Assembly: GCA_951804945.1 (NCBI GenBank)
Contig: OX638156.1
Location: 38,564,001 to 38,628,000, forward strand
DNA: 64,000 nucleotides
DNA from: Podarcis cretensis
Lineage: Eukaryota
Reading direction: 5' to 3'
Positions 47,885-62,800 of the stretch are shown here, piece by piece (positions within the stretch are counted from its first letter, which is position 1; each line of letters starts with the position of its first letter). Under the pieces are notes generated by a model that saw only the letters and a program-made list of their open reading frames with translations, was not told where the DNA came from and made no database searches. Position numbers and translations under genes: made by a program.

Positions 47885-50800
47885 TATTATTTATTTGTAC
47901 CCTTCCCATTTGGCTGGGTTTCCCCAGCCACTCTATGTGGCTTCCAACAAAGATTGAAAGTACATTAAAATGTCACACATTAAAAACTTCCCTAAACAGG
48001 GCTGCCTTCAGATGTCTTCTGAATGTCAAGTAGTTGTTTATCTCTTTGACATCTGATGGGAGGGCATTCCACAGGGCAGGGGCCCACTACCGAGAAGGCC
48101 CTCTGCCTGGTTCCCTATAGCTTTGCTTCTCGCAGTGAGGGAACTGCTAGAAGGCCCTCTGCGCTGGACTTCAGTGTCCCGGCAGACCAATGGGTGTGGA
48201 GATGCTCCTTCAGGTATACTGGGCCGAAGCTGTTTAGGACTTTAAAGGTTAGCACGAACACTTTAATTGTGCTTGGAAACGTACTGGGTGGCAATGTAGG
48301 TCTTTCAGGACTGGTGTTGTATGGTCTCGGTGGCCGCTCCCAGTCACCATTCTAGCTGCCGCATTCTGGATTAGTTGTAGTTTCCAGGTCACCTTCAAAG
48401 GTAGCCCCACATAGAGCGCATTGCAGTAGGATATTGCAGCGGGAGATAACTAGAGCATGCACCACTCTGGCGAGACAGTACCACCAACTGAATGCAATCT
48501 TTGAAAAATATAAAAAAACCAATGGATATGATATTAAATCTCAGAATTAGATAAAGAATTGATCACAAATGATGAAAAAAATCTGTCCAAAATGTATGAA
48601 TTATTATTAAATGGGCACAAAGGACGAAGAAGTTAAAGAGGTTATGGTTAAATTGAATTCAATTGAATGAGAAAAATGGGGAAATTTATGGAAAAGAACA
48701 TAAAGTTTACAGCATATTACACAATAAAGGAATGTTTTTTTTAAAAATGATGTACAGATGGTATCTCACACCCTTGAAATTGGCTAAAATATATAAAAAA
48801 TACCAGTGGAAACTGTTGGATGTGCAATCACAATGAAGGGAACTTTCTCCATATGTGGTGGACGTGCCCTAAAATAAAAAAAAAAATTGGCACAGTATTT
48901 ACGATGAACTAAAGAAAATGCTAAGATTTACTTTCCCAAAGAAACCAGGAATGTTTTTATTGAGCCTAATAACAACAGACATCCCAAAAGATAATAAAGG
49001 AATATTTTTATATGCGGTTACTGAGCCATAATAGTAATTGCTAAACATTGGAAAAGTACTATAGTACCAATGAAAGAAGAATGGATTTTGAAATTATCAG
49101 AATACCTCAAACTGGCTAAACTTACAGGTCTAATAAGAAACTATTCAAATAAGAGAATAAGGAGAGAGTGGGAAGTCTTTACAAATTATATGAAGAGAAC
49201 TGATTCCCAGAATTATACTTGGCTTAGCTTAGAATAAAAATCTCATAGGTAATAAAAATGTTTCTCCAAAATTTAATCATTACAGATAACCAGTGATATG
49301 AGAAGAATGAACCACATGGAGTTAGCTGGAAGTCATCTTTTTTCCTAACCCCATTTCTTTTTAGCTTCTTTCTTGAAGTGAATATTTTCTTTTTCTTAGG
49401 AGAATATAGCATCTATATTCTTGTCTGTAGTTTTTGTTATTATGGCTGTATTTATGTGGGGTTTTTTTGCTTTGTATGTTTCTGGTTTGGTATTACATGT
49501 TTGTTTGTTTTATTTATTGTTTATTAGTATGACACATAAGTGTACATAAAGTATTTAAAAAAGAGAAAGAGAGGGAGAGGGAGCAATGTATCAGTGCTCA
49601 GATTCCAAGCATAGTGACCTAGCTTTTTTCAGACCTAGTTGCATTCTGTAAACAGGTGACCAGTGGGGATGGTCTTGAAATTTATTTGCTTTTTAAAAAA
49701 AATCCTATATTGCCTATTTCTCCAAAGAAACTCAAACGTAATCTCATTATCCACTCAAATTAATGTTAACAATATTCAGCCTGTTTAACTAGTTCAAGCA
49801 GCATAAGAGTAACATTGAGCTGAGCCAGCAACAAATGAATAATTACCCAAAGTTCTTTTTGTCGTGTGTGGTTTTTTCTACTCACATGTGCAATGGCTTT
49901 TAAGGATTTTCTCCAAAATTTTGGGATGGGTGGGAACTGTCGGTAGATTGTCACAGTAGGATGGGGAAATCCCAACCCAGATTGTCATTCAGCCAGAAGC
50001 TTACTGAATTACCTTGGCCAGTCACATGGTCTAGTTCTGAGCTACCTCATAAAGTTGCTGTGAAGATGAAAAGAGAGAACTGTCTTAAGCTTCTTGGAGG
50101 AAAGAATGTAATAAATTTGATGGATTGTGTAAACTTGACTTAAAGCTTGATCCTCTGAAAAAGCACACAGTGCCTCAGTCCCTGCTCTATTTAAGACCAT
50201 GCTCAGAATATTGGTTTCCAATACCAGCCCTGAGCAGCTTTTCTCCATTTCATATCTAGTTGTCTTTATCATGCTGATATTTCAAAGGAGAAAACTGCAG
50301 ACTGCACTTTATTTTCTGATTTAAAAAGCCATTTGTAATTACACCTCATACATGAGAGATTGCAGGAATACTGCTATGTCACTTGCAGCTATTTCTGAAT
50401 GTGGAAGATTGACCTTTATTATTGGATTAAGCTACTACAGCCATGTGGTTACAGTGGCTACCAGAAGATTAAATCCAAAACAGCTTTCAAGTAACTGAAT
50501 GATACAGGCCCTGGCTACATTTGAGACTGACTCCTGACTGCCCTTGAGCACCGTATTTTGTATGTAGAGTCTAACAATGACATCTTAAGTTATTGAGTGA
50601 TTACAGCTTGCTTTCATGGTCCTTTTAGTGTGGAGCTTGCAAAAATTATGTTCATTTTTGCTTTTAGGGTGAGGTGTGAGGGTTGACACCCCACATTTTC
50701 CATTCTCCAGGGACCTTTAGGGAATAAACAGTTGGCTCTCCTTTTCCATCCCCTTTTCTTAAAATTGGTGTCATTGTTTTTATAAAATCTATATTGAGAA

Positions 50801-53800
50801 ACACCCTGAGTAGGCAGTAAATAAAATGATCTGCAAATGCCAAATGAAATACAGGCTTCTTTTCATCATGGGTCTTTCTGGACAGATCAAAGAGTGTGCT
50901 GATGAGCCTGTTGGGAAAGGTTACTTGGTGTCCTGCTTGGTAGATCACAGAGGAAACATCACTGAATACCAGTGTCACCAGTACATCACCAAAATGACAG
51001 CCATAATTTTCAGTGATTACCGCCTGATCTGTGGCTTCATGGATGACTGCAGAAGTGATATTAACATCCTGAAGTGTGGCAGCATTCGTCTTGGAGAAAA
51101 GGTAATTCTGTTACAAAGTGATTTCATGTCCATTAAATTGGAGGTGGGAGGGAAGAGGATATTGTCTCATTAGAATCAATGTTGAAGCCAGTTGAAGTAT
51201 GACCACGTTCTATGGTCAGCGTTTTAAATTACTATCCTATCTCCTTGTGATTTTATACCAGTGCTAGGCAGAAGGAATGTTTCTTGTGTGAGTGAATCTG
51301 GGCTGTCTTCTGGAAGGGGCACACCCTGGGAAAGTGCTTTTAGCCTTTGGTAGATTGAGGGTACCTTCAAATTTAGGTCAACTGCATGCTCTTTCAGGCT
51401 CAGGTATTTTATTGAGATACAGTGGTGTTTTCAGCTGCAGACTTTCTTGGGGTGGGTGGAGGACAGAAATTCAGGACCACAGGTGTACTGAACTGAACCA
51501 TGTTCTTTCAACGTAAGACATGCTTCTGTAGGCTCCTAATGCAACATGCAGAAAAGAGCTAGATGGAAGTGTGTCTTGCTGCTGCTTAGCTTCTTTCTCT
51601 TCTTTCAGGATGTCCATTCTCAAGGAGAGGTGGTGGCCTGCCTGGAGAAAGGATTGGTAAAGGAGGCAGAAGAGATTGAGCCACGAATAAAGGTCTCAGA
51701 CTTGTGCAAAAAGGCTATTCTCCGAGTAGCTGAGCTCTCCTCGGATGATTTCCACTTGGATCGGCACTTATATTTTGCCTGCCGGGATGACCGGGAACGC
51801 TTCTGTGAGAACGTAAGTTGTTGCTTGACATCGTCCTTCCCGTTGGACTAGCATCCATCTCCCCACCCTTTCCCCTCTCGCCTTGTCATTCAGTTAATGC
51901 TCCTACATGTAACAAATTAAGGAATACAAGAACAGATCTCTCAAAGGTGCACTACAGATAATATAGGCAATATATTGAACTCATTTCAGAAATATGCATG
52001 GAAGTGTTAGTCATGAGCATGCACAACATATATAAATGATAGAGGACTTGTAAATCACAAAATGTTGGCCTATGGTAAAATGTAGCCAGTGTGATGTAGA
52101 GAATGGAATGCTGAAGTTGGACTGAAGAGATGTGCATATGTGGAGAAGACCCATGGAAATTAATGGGTCCATTACTTTCAGCTGGTCTGCTCTGAATAAA
52201 ACTTGGTGGGATACAAAACCTGGGTTTTAATAGCCACTTAGCTATCACTCTCATTGAGTGGCCTTAAACAAATAATGTTGCCTAACCTATTTCATGGTTT
52301 TGTTAGGGTAAAATGGGGATAATTGCATGTACCTTTGGTTTGAGGTCCTTATGGATACTAGGATCCTCCTAATATGTTTCCATATGACATTCATGACCAA
52401 TATTGTTGCTCTGTTTCACAGACTCAGGCTGGGGAAGGCAGGGTGTACAAGTGTCTCTTTAACCACAAGTTTGAAGACTCTATGAGTGAAAAGGTATGTG
52501 CCTCTTTCACCTGGCCATTCCACTATCTTTCTTGACCCCAAAGCTTCTGCTTCTTGGTCGCCTCATTTATTTACAGCATGCGATGGATAAGAAACAATTT
52601 AATACACAATATGGTGTATTATCTGAGGTTGGTCTGCTCCTGCCTCATCAGGGTGTGGTGGGTGGAAGAGTTCATGGAATCCTGTGCATAGGCTCAGAGC
52701 TGTGTTTTTAAAGGTAGCCGTAACTCTGTCTGTGACCTGCTGATGAACTTCCCATCTCTGAGTTACAGAGTTGCCTTGTGTGGTAGCAGTTAAATTGCAT
52801 CAATAAGAATTAGCATCTCTGAGGAGGGAGAGCTGCTTTGTTACCTTCTCTAAAGGCATGTGCGTTTTTCTTTGAGATATGTTGTTACATTCCTGAGAGA
52901 CGGCGTTCTGAGTAAAGTGCAGACAAAGCATTTTATTGATCATTATTCCAGGTGTAATGCCCCATTGCTTCCTCAACGCTTTGAGCAGTATATGAGCAAT
53001 AAATAGCAAATTGAAATGACAAGCTATGCTTGTGGTTGAAATGTTTTAAGAACTCTGCACTTTTGCTCCCCACGATTATTTCCCTTCCTCCTGCTGTAGG
53101 TTGCCTTGGATTTTCTAGAAATAGTGATGCATTTGAAACTAGCAGCGATGTATTCTATTTCTAGCAGTGGCTTGTTCTGAAAATTCAAGGCCAGCGGATT
53201 TTCTGTTCTACTCCTTTTGTCCAGTGTGAGCCAAATTACCTCTGGGTGACAAAAGAATGCTCCCTTGATGTTCCCTTGATCAGTAGCACAAGATATTTGA
53301 TTGTTTTCCTCAGTGTCGTGATGCATTGACTACCAGGCAAAAGCTGATTGCACAAGATTACAAAGTCAGTTACTCATTGGCAAAGTCCTGCAAAAGTGAT
53401 TTAAAGAAGTACCACTGTAATGTAGAGAACCTTCCTCGTTCCCGAGAGGCCCGACTATCCTACCTGCTAATGTGTTTAGAATCTGCTGTGCATAGAGGTA
53501 AGATATATTTTTCCCTTATTCCTCCAATTGCTTATATCTGATAAATAATTTGTGAAATGAAAAGTTGTGTAATGTGAGATTTTCAGGGCTTTATTGAAAG
53601 AAAATGGACATGGCAAAAGAATGTTTTTGGAGAATGTCTTTGGGCATTAGGATTCTGCTAGTTATCCATTACTCCATAGTTCTGCATCCCTGTCTCCCTT
53701 GTGCAACACCTTCTCTGTCTGTCCTTGCTTCCCTCTCCTCTCCCTGAGCCTTGACACTTGATGTTTCAGCTTGCCACCTTTGCTTCTTTGCATGAGGCTG

Positions 53801-56800
53801 GTTCTAGGTCAGACAGTTAAGTGAAGCAGTTAAGGGGCTTGCCTGTCTTATGTCAGCAGACCATTCACAGTTGCCCAGGAGAAAGAAGGTCTAGCTGTTC
53901 TGTTGTATTCTCTATCTTGCCGTTCCATAATACAACATGGGCTTAGTTCTCATGGAGAGCGACGACAGCTGTGACTGCTGTTGCAGGTGGCGGCTCACTT
54001 GATGGCATGCTCCCCTGTGAAAATAAATTCCTATACCTAGAAAATGAGTGTGCCACGGTTAAAATTCTTCTTTCAGATGTGTTAGTTTTCCTTTCTGCAG
54101 AGAACGTTTCATATGGGGGATCATTCATCATTTGAGCCCCATCTGCAGTCTGAAGTGGCACGGCCCAAGCACAGATTTACCACAGCCATCAGAACTATTA
54201 GGCCTTACCCAGATTCTAATCAGAATGCTACACTTGCATGATTAATCCCATCTCTCTGGAGAGCAACAGAGCAAGTCAGCTTTCTTTGATGTGTTCCTAG
54301 CATGCATTTCTTCTAGGTTAGAAGAAAACAACAGTAGCCACTGAGGGCATGCTTAGCGCTTACACTATCAGGCCAGTCTTAAACGATTCCACTTCAATAC
54401 TTTTGGCACCTGCAAAAGTTTTGGGGTATTCAAATGCTTACTTTCCAGTCAGTGCATGTCCTGGAACTTCTGCTGAATCCCAGAACTTTTCATACCATAA
54501 ATGTTGGTGGTGGGGTTTGTTTTTGTACTGGGTTTGTTGTGCTATAGCTCCTCCAGACAGCAATAATGTGGCATTGCAGAACAACTAATAAATCAGAATA
54601 AATCCACCACTAAAGCATCTTTATGGTGCCAAGAACATGCTGCAGAATTCACTGACAAAAAAACACGTGTCCATAATACCAGACCATTGATCCAGCTAGT
54701 TCACTATTATCTGCACAACAGCTGGCTCCCCAGGGTTCTCAGTGACATCAGTCTATTAAATGTAACTTGTTAGTATTTGCAGATGGACAGACCTCTAAAC
54801 TATAAAAGCTATAGCTATTATATAACACCAACTTCATATTTTCAAAGTTACATTTGAATCTAATTGATTTACACATATACATTATTTAGGCTGTAACAGA
54901 CTGACTCCCTTTGGTGCAGAGGTGGATATCCTTTTTATTGTTGAGGGCCAAGTGTAGTGGCAGGTGCTCCATTCCAGTAGGTGTGGCTGGAGCCAGTGAT
55001 GGTTGGGGCCATTCACACAAACATAGACACACTCCATGGGAAAGACAAACACAGGAAGAGTTTACCCTCCTTCCATGTGCCATCATCTTCATCACAATCA
55101 TGCTTTTCCCAGCTTGCCAAGCAATTGTGTTGGTAATAAGGGGCAGAGGGAGTGTGATTTACATGGAGAAGGCATTGTATGGGCTTGCGGGAGCATGAAT
55201 TTGGGGAGGCAGCAATTTGAGGAAGGGAGTGAAATGGAATGTGGCTGTATGGAAAACTCTGAGGGCTCCGGGTTTGCTGACATGTGCTTTGAAGACTGTT
55301 TCTGTCTGTAGTGTCAAGCGTAGCTTAGTGCATTCCACTGTTGTCCTCTAGAAGCCTGATAGGTCAGGCAGATCTGAGTGTGAGAATGGCAGAACAGGCT
55401 CCTTTTCCAAAGCACAAGGCCATGTCTGCAAGCTGTTCTGCGCTGAATAGCCCTTAGCCAAGGGAGAAGCCATCTCATGCCTTTGGGCATTTTCTGAATG
55501 GGTAATATTGTGGACAATCTATTTGCTTAGTTACTTCTCTGCTGTGACGGACCACACTCAAGTCTTTACACCAGGGAGCTTTTGAGCAATTCACTAAAGA
55601 TGTTAAAGTTAATGTTCATAGTTTTTATTCTTTCAAAGGAAAAGTAAATGTTAGTATCTTTCTGCTTGACATAGCTGAGGAGAAGTGTGGGACTCCCCTT
55701 GAGTTCCCCCCTGGCTTGATGGTTTGGCATTGAGATTCCATTCAAACCGGTCAGGTGGCCTTGGGGGAATATCCAGTAAAGCTGGGTGTTTTTCTCTAGC
55801 TGTGGTTCACTTTCTGCAAACTCAGCATGTTGCATTTGGCAGTGTGTGATCTTGATAGTCTCTGTTTTCAGGTTATGGTGTTCTTTCCCCCCACCTGCAG
55901 AGCTCTAAAAGCATTATTAAACACAGGGGTGGGCAACCTTTTTTTAAAAAAATAATCAAGTCCTGCATTTCCTCATAAATAATATGTTGGAAGCCGCATG
56001 CTGGTGGTTGGTGGAGTTGATGATCAGCAGAGGCAAAGACAACATGTTCTGGACTGCTAATCCAGAGAAAAGGCTGCCCTTGCTTCAATTTTATCATAGC
56101 TACTGCAGATTAGAATCCTATGCAGGTCTTTTCAGAAATAAACCCCACTAAGTTTGATGGAGATACTCATTTATACAGCTTTCCCCCTTAAACCATGCAG
56201 CCAGGAAAAAAGCAGTGTGTGTGTGTGTGTGTGTGTGTGCGTGCGCACGCACACACACACAATATCAGTTTATCAAGCAGAATCCTGCACCTTTCATTTG
56301 TATTGAAACTACATAAAAAGAAAAGGAAACACCTTTTTAAGAGCCAGGGAAAGGAAGGAGGAAATGAACCAGAAGGAAGGCAACAACTCTGATCAAATGA
56401 AAGGGTAGGACAGCTTCAGGAGAAATTGGGGGCTGCATAAAATGGCCCTCAGACAGATGGTTGCTCACCAGTGAATAGATGGATAGGCAACTAGTGGTCC
56501 AGAAGGACCTGTTTTTTCTACCTGCTGTGGTTTGTTAAACCTACTGCTAAGGCATCTTTCTCTAAATTAAAACAGTTATTATCCCTTTATGAAGTAGTCT
56601 AGAAATGTGTGGCAGCATTCTTTTATATACGCAGGGCAGGCTTAAAAGGCAGTGGGCGCCACCACCAGCACCCTGCTAGTCCTGAGATAGAAAATATTTG
56701 TGTTGAGTGTCAATTTTTTCTGACTTCTCTGCTGAAGAAAGTCAAAATCAATATAATCAAGTTACAGTACTCAGAAATGAGAATATTTTCTCCTTGTATC

Positions 56801-59800
56801 TTTTGCTACTGACTAAAGGAAGGATGACAAGCTGCACACATCACTGAAGACCTATCATTGATCCCTGGAAGTCTTGTTCAGCTCCTTTTCTCTCCCTGGC
56901 CTTCCCCTTCACTGCTTTGGCAATTTATTCCATTGCTGCTCACATGCTTCAAGCACAGTGTATCCAATAGATTAAAACTGGTGTTCTTGTAAAGGATATT
57001 GTGCACATGTGCACAGAGGAGGCACAGTTCTGATTGCAATGCACACTCCAGTGCAACCTGGTGTTTTCTCTGATTGCCTGTGAAGAAATAGAATGCAACC
57101 CTGTGATAAGGAGAGGCTGCAAAATAGCTCTGAAATGGTAGAGCTAATGGCAGTAGTGCTTGTGGCTCTTTAGGGATTCCAGCTGCCTGGCACTATCTTC
57201 CTTCCCAGTTAGCTCTGGATTTCTGCATAGAATTTGTTTTCTCGGTGTGTCATTTGATGTAATCTTTAAAAGCAGAATGGCACTGGTCACACTGATGGGG
57301 CTGCATGTACCTTGGTTATGTTCAGTGTCCCTTGGGCTGATGTCTTATAACCTGTATCTACTACGGTGTGCCTTAGGTCGGCAAGTGAGCAGTGAATGCC
57401 AGGGAGAAATGTTGGACTACCGGCGCATGTTGATGGAAGATTTTTCACTGAGCCCAGAGATCATCCTTGGTTGCCGCAGTGAGATTGAGCACCACTGCTC
57501 AGGACTGCATCGGAAGGGCCGCACCCTGCATTGCCTGATGAAAGTTGTGCGAGGAGAGAAGGGGAACTTGGGAGTCAGCTGCCAGCAGTCGGTAAGGTTG
57601 TCATGGGGAGCCTTTTCATGACAGTCTCAACCCCCATATCTGAAATCTTGTTCATTTTTGCCCAGCTGGTTTTAATATTTTGAACCAGAGCCTGACTTAT
57701 TGGCACCTTGAGCCAAAGGAAGAATCTCAGGCATCATTCAGAGAATCCAAAGATTCAGCTTGGGTCTCCTAAATAAATGCTTCTCAGAGCACTCGGCTGC
57801 CATATATGTGTTCCCCATCCAAAGCGATGCTTCTCAAGGTTTCATGGAGGAGTCTTTCAGTGGCCAGTGGCCATAACAGCCACAAGGAACTTTGGTGTTA
57901 AAAGTAGCCCTACCTCTTGAATACCAGATGCTAGGAATAAACATGTGCAGGCTATAGTCAACAGCTTTCAGAAGCCTATGGGTTGTGACTGTTGGAAACA
58001 GAGTGCATGACTACATCAGCAGTCTTCAACGTTGTGGCTTTTGGGTGTTCTGGGCTAGAATTCACATCAGCCTTAGCCATTATGGCCATGTAGATGGCAC
58101 CTGTAGTCCAAAATATCTAGAATGCACCAGGTTGGAGAGGTCTCTTCTAGATGGTCCTTGGTCTGACCCAGCAAAGTAATACTTCTCTTTTGAATACCTG
58201 AATCATTTCCCTGGGAGAACAGAATGTGTGGCAATGGACTCTACGTTACTGGGAGCAGAAGAATTTTCTTGTGTGTCCTGCCCACTTTTTTAGCTTCTGT
58301 GGGCTGATGCTGAAGTAAGACCTGAGTTGGGATGCAGGTGGGAGCTGCAGGGAGGCTTAGCCCTCAAAGCCCCAACATCCATTTAGGGGAATCCCAATGA
58401 AACAGTTGGCTAGAGCTGATTAAAAAGCTCTATCAACTACTTGTAAAAAGGCTTTTCGGGTAGCTTCAGGCTATTAAACTCAGAAGCTGTTATGTTATTC
58501 CAGGCTAACCCACCTTCTTTGTAAAGTAGCCAAGAGGAATGTAATGGGCATAACATATTAATTCAAGCAAAGCTTTTGACCTAATCCCATGTGACTTCTT
58601 AAGTTCTTCGGGGGGAAACGTGAACTGGAACAACTTAGTGTAAGGAGTTGGATACGCATGGTGATAGAAGAAAATTGGATTGAACTAGGAGACCAGTGAC
58701 TATTTCTCTCCAGCTCTTAGGCTTCTCATAATATATGCACAATTCATTTTGCATGCATTGGAATTGTTGTATGCATTTGGGAGGAATTTGGAGTAGCTTC
58801 ATATTAATTACTTTCCCTAAAACAAATCTAAGCGTAAAAGAAGAAAAGCCTTTATCTTGTAACATGTGATGGTCAGAACATATTTGCATTCTTCTGAAAA
58901 TATACTGAGGCAGACAAGAATGTATGGTGGCTGCTCAGTCTCTATCCCATTGCATAAAAACAGATTCATGCCTTCCCTTCCACGGGCACCAGTCACTGCA
59001 TAGAGGCAAAACTTGTGTGTTGAATAGTAAGATTCTAGCCCTTATTGTTGTAGATGAAAAACTGAAGATGCAGAGTCAGTGTGTACTTAAAACTAAGAAA
59101 CCAGAAGGAGATTGGGACAAAGTGGCCGATTCCACTAGTTTAGCCTGGGCTCCCCAATGCAGCACCTGTGGACACCAACTTTTAATTTTTTTTATGATGT
59201 TTCTGGCTGGTGTGTGTAGGGGGCCTACTTTTTTGTCTTATTCGGTGGGGTATAGGTGATTTGCTTGTTGGGTTTTTTGGGTGGGGATGTTTCTGAGTAT
59301 TGCTAGCTTTTCTTTGATATAATGGGTACTTTTGTTGCCTATGACAATACTTTAAAAGGTGCCTCTGGGCCCATAAACATTGGGACCTTTGTATAGACAT
59401 AGGACTTTTTTACTTGGCCCTGTTCTCTCCTTCACTTCATGGCTTCTGATAATCCACCCCATGCCTTACTTGCCAATGCTGCCGATCTTTCTCCTCAAAA
59501 TCTCATTTTTCCTCTGAATGATTTATTCAGGCTTCACTGTTGGGTAGCATTTTTGGAGTAGTATTGTGCAGGAGCTATGTTCACCCTCCTACCACATCCT
59601 TGTTTTTATGTAATTGGTTGTGTTAATCTTGACTGCTGCCAATAGCAAATGCACTAAAAAGCTTGACAGTCTTATAGTTTGGAGGCTGGGGGAGCCCAAG
59701 CACATGATTAATGACATTGGCACTCTCACCCCCCCCCAAAAAAAAAACCCTTCCCTTTTTCTCAATGCTGATCCCAGCATAGCTCACTGACGATTGCCTG

Positions 59801-62800
59801 AGACAAAATCAGAAAGCCCATCAGGCCATGTGCTTGCTTGTTCTTTTATATTGGAGATGGCTTGGTGTGATTGTCAGGCTAGATTCCAGGGATCTTCCAC
59901 CTCAAATGATGAGAGCAGGATAATTGTTTCCCAGGCAGGAACAGATTGTTAGAACATGGCTATTTCCCCCAGGCAGCTTAGCCTCAATTCAGCATTATGA
60001 CTGCTTTGATGTGTATACTTACACAGTGAAGTTGGGGCTTTGATGCTACTAAACACTCCTCTAGACTTGACACCACTTTACTTGATAGGCTTTGAGGGGG
60101 GCATTGCAACATGTGCTGGTGGGGAAAGGCTAAAGTACAGTTGTACTGTTGTGTGATGCAACCTGGCAGTTTGGCTTCTTGGAAAGAGTTTTGCTTGCAA
60201 AGAAATGGGAAGTGCCCCGATATCTGCAAATGCTGCCCTGTGGTTCTGTCAAGGGGAGCAAAAAGGCTCTGTGGTCTGTGATGGCTCCATGGCCACATGA
60301 ATAAATGGCTTTGCCCCATGCCCCCCACCCCCAGCATTTCACTAGATTCATCTCAGTTGAGGTTAAGATCAGTGATGTAAACGGATTCCTAAATTTGAAA
60401 TTGGCTTAATTCCCAGGCTACGGGTTCCACTAGGAAACAATCAGTGCAGAAATCTGCCCATTCTCTGCTCCTCCAACTTTGTAGAGCTTAATTTCCAAGA
60501 GTGAGTGTTACATGTTGAAGGAATTCTTAAGCTCCATTGGCTTTTTCTCAGGCCTTTGTGGTGAGATGCCATTTAGTTCTGCTGCTTTATGCTGCTGCTG
60601 CTTTAGCAAAAAAACAAAACAACCTGGGTTGCATAAGTCTCCCTGCGCTGCTCAAGTCATGCTTCAGTGGAGTCTGAATCCTTGAAAGACCACTTCTCTG
60701 CTAGTATACCTTTATGAGCATGATGCTCAACTCAGTCTCAACAGTTGCCTCTTCACCGCCCACCCACCACAAATAAAAGCACTAGGCACATGTTCCTAGT
60801 CCCAGGCTGTCCTTCGTTACATCAGGCCCCTGTGCCATTTTCTCGGGAAGGCCCCTATTGCTCATGTACATGACAGAGGTTCTGGGTTTGGGAGATTAGA
60901 TCCTCCTGCTCCTGCTGTTCTCTTGGCTCTCCTCCCCTTCAGTTTCAGTGGCAAGAAGGCCTGGTGATGTGGCTGGCTGCACAATTCAGCTCTGTATACT
61001 GTCATTTGGATACTGAAAATAGAACAGGGAAGTCCCCAGAGTTGCAAAATGTCTGGATTGCCCCATGCTGCAGGGATGACCTGACACCTTGGCTTTCTCA
61101 GTCATGCCTGCAGTTTCTGGATGCAGATGAGGTGACAGCAACATAAAAACTCTGGTTCTGGCTGAGTCATACACAAGGGAGAATGCTCTTCCATTTGGCA
61201 CATCTTAGCTGTTTGCCATTAACTGGTCTTGGTCTTGGAAGATAAATCATTTGTTCAAAGGCTGCTTTTCCTTGGCAAATGGTTAGCCCTTTTTGTGTGG
61301 GAGGGAGCAGTTCACATCCATGGGAATGTTTGAAAGATGTTCTCCACTTCAGGAGCTGGTACTGAAATGAGATGGGAAGGGGGCAGAATCCCTTGAGGTT
61401 AGCTTTGCAGTTCTGCCAGCAACAGAAGCCAGGAAACCAACTTCCTGAACTACTCTGCCATTGTTGTTAAACTCTTCCCCCCACTTCTCTTTCCTCCTCC
61501 AGCTTCAAACTCTAATCCAGGAGGCAGACCCTGGTGCTGATTACCGCATTGACAGAGCATTGAACGAAGCCTGCGAATCAGTGATACAAACAGCCTGCAA
61601 GCACATCCGTGCTGGAGACCCCATGTAGGTGATGGAGATCCCCTGCTTTTGCTATAGTTTACTGCTGTTTTAGCTTGGGCTGAAAGAAGCCTGTTAAACC
61701 TGGGGGAAGAGATGGACTCAGATGGTCTCTTACATAAAGAGAGATGTTGACTTGGGGTGAAAGGGTTTCTTGTGGGCATACAGGCAGACTTTTATTATGC
61801 AACAGCTTCTCATCACCCTTACAAATGCAAGCTGTGGGAAAGTACAGGCCAAAGGTAGACCACTATGGAGAAGCACATGTGCTTTAAAGCATGCAGTTAC
61901 TCAGCTCCCCCTTTCTACAAATACCTCCTTCCCCTCCTACCAGTGAGATGCTCCTTGTTGCAATGTCTGGTATGAAGGCTCCTGAAGATTGCATATATCA
62001 ATATAACATGACTTTCTTTCCATAGGATTCTCTCTTGCCTTATGGAGCATTTGTATACAGAGAAGATGGTGGAAGATTGTGAGCACAGGCTCCTGGAGCT
62101 CCAGTACTTCATCTCACGGGACTGGAAGTGAGTGCTGGGCATGGGGACCCTCAGGGGCCCTGCAGTTCTGTTGCAGGACTTTCTAGCAGCAGCAGTTGGG
62201 TCAAAAAGGTCTTGTACTGTGGGGTCATGGGTGGCTTTAATTCTCTAGTCACTAGCTAAAGGTTCAGAAAGAGTTATTTTCATTCACAACTTGGAGTACT
62301 TGATGTTTATACACAACCGTTATTCCCCAAATTTCTGTCAATGCCTGCTACAGGAGGGGGAGACAAATTAAGGTAGAGGTTCTGGCCTGGGCATTACCTT
62401 CAAGAGCTGCCTCATATTGAATGTGCACCACAGGATAATGCCCTCTCACCCCAAATTTCAGCCTCCGCCTAACTATGGAGGGTGTCTCAGTGTAAGCATT
62501 GTGTCAAAAGTAAAGTTTCCTGTACTTATGTATTATTAATAGTGTTTTATGAACTGGCAGCTCATTAAGAAAAAATTGTAGTGATGTACAACACCATCAA
62601 GTTATAATTATGTTTAAACATTATACGATTATAAAAACATGAAATACAGAACAAATGGCTTAATGCTAACTGACATTCTCTAAACACACTTAAGGCCTTT
62701 GTGATTACAGTAGGAACAGTGTTCTAAAGTACTGGTGCCACTATGCTTTTTAAAAACTTTAGTTTGCATAGAAACCAAATGAAAGTATGATAACTGTTGG

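Larger units (their letters stand above)
46420..49560 (+). mobile_element. Degraded L1-clade LINE ORF2 and 3' UTR, internally deleted, with nested MITE and L2
   Basis: ESANKAGKMLAW; GTRPGCPLSSLLF; RAFADNL (FADD motif); FKINNEKTK; MMYRWYLTP; CWMC...HMWWTCPK zinc knuckle; multiple stops and frameshifts. Confidence 0.9.

Noticed and set aside
49224-49412. Minus-strand LYSPKKK, resembling SLAIN2 exon 2 (LYSSPKKK)
   Set aside because: Lies in the T-rich L1 3' UTR, similarity does not extend, and it is on the wrong side of the SLAIN2 fragment
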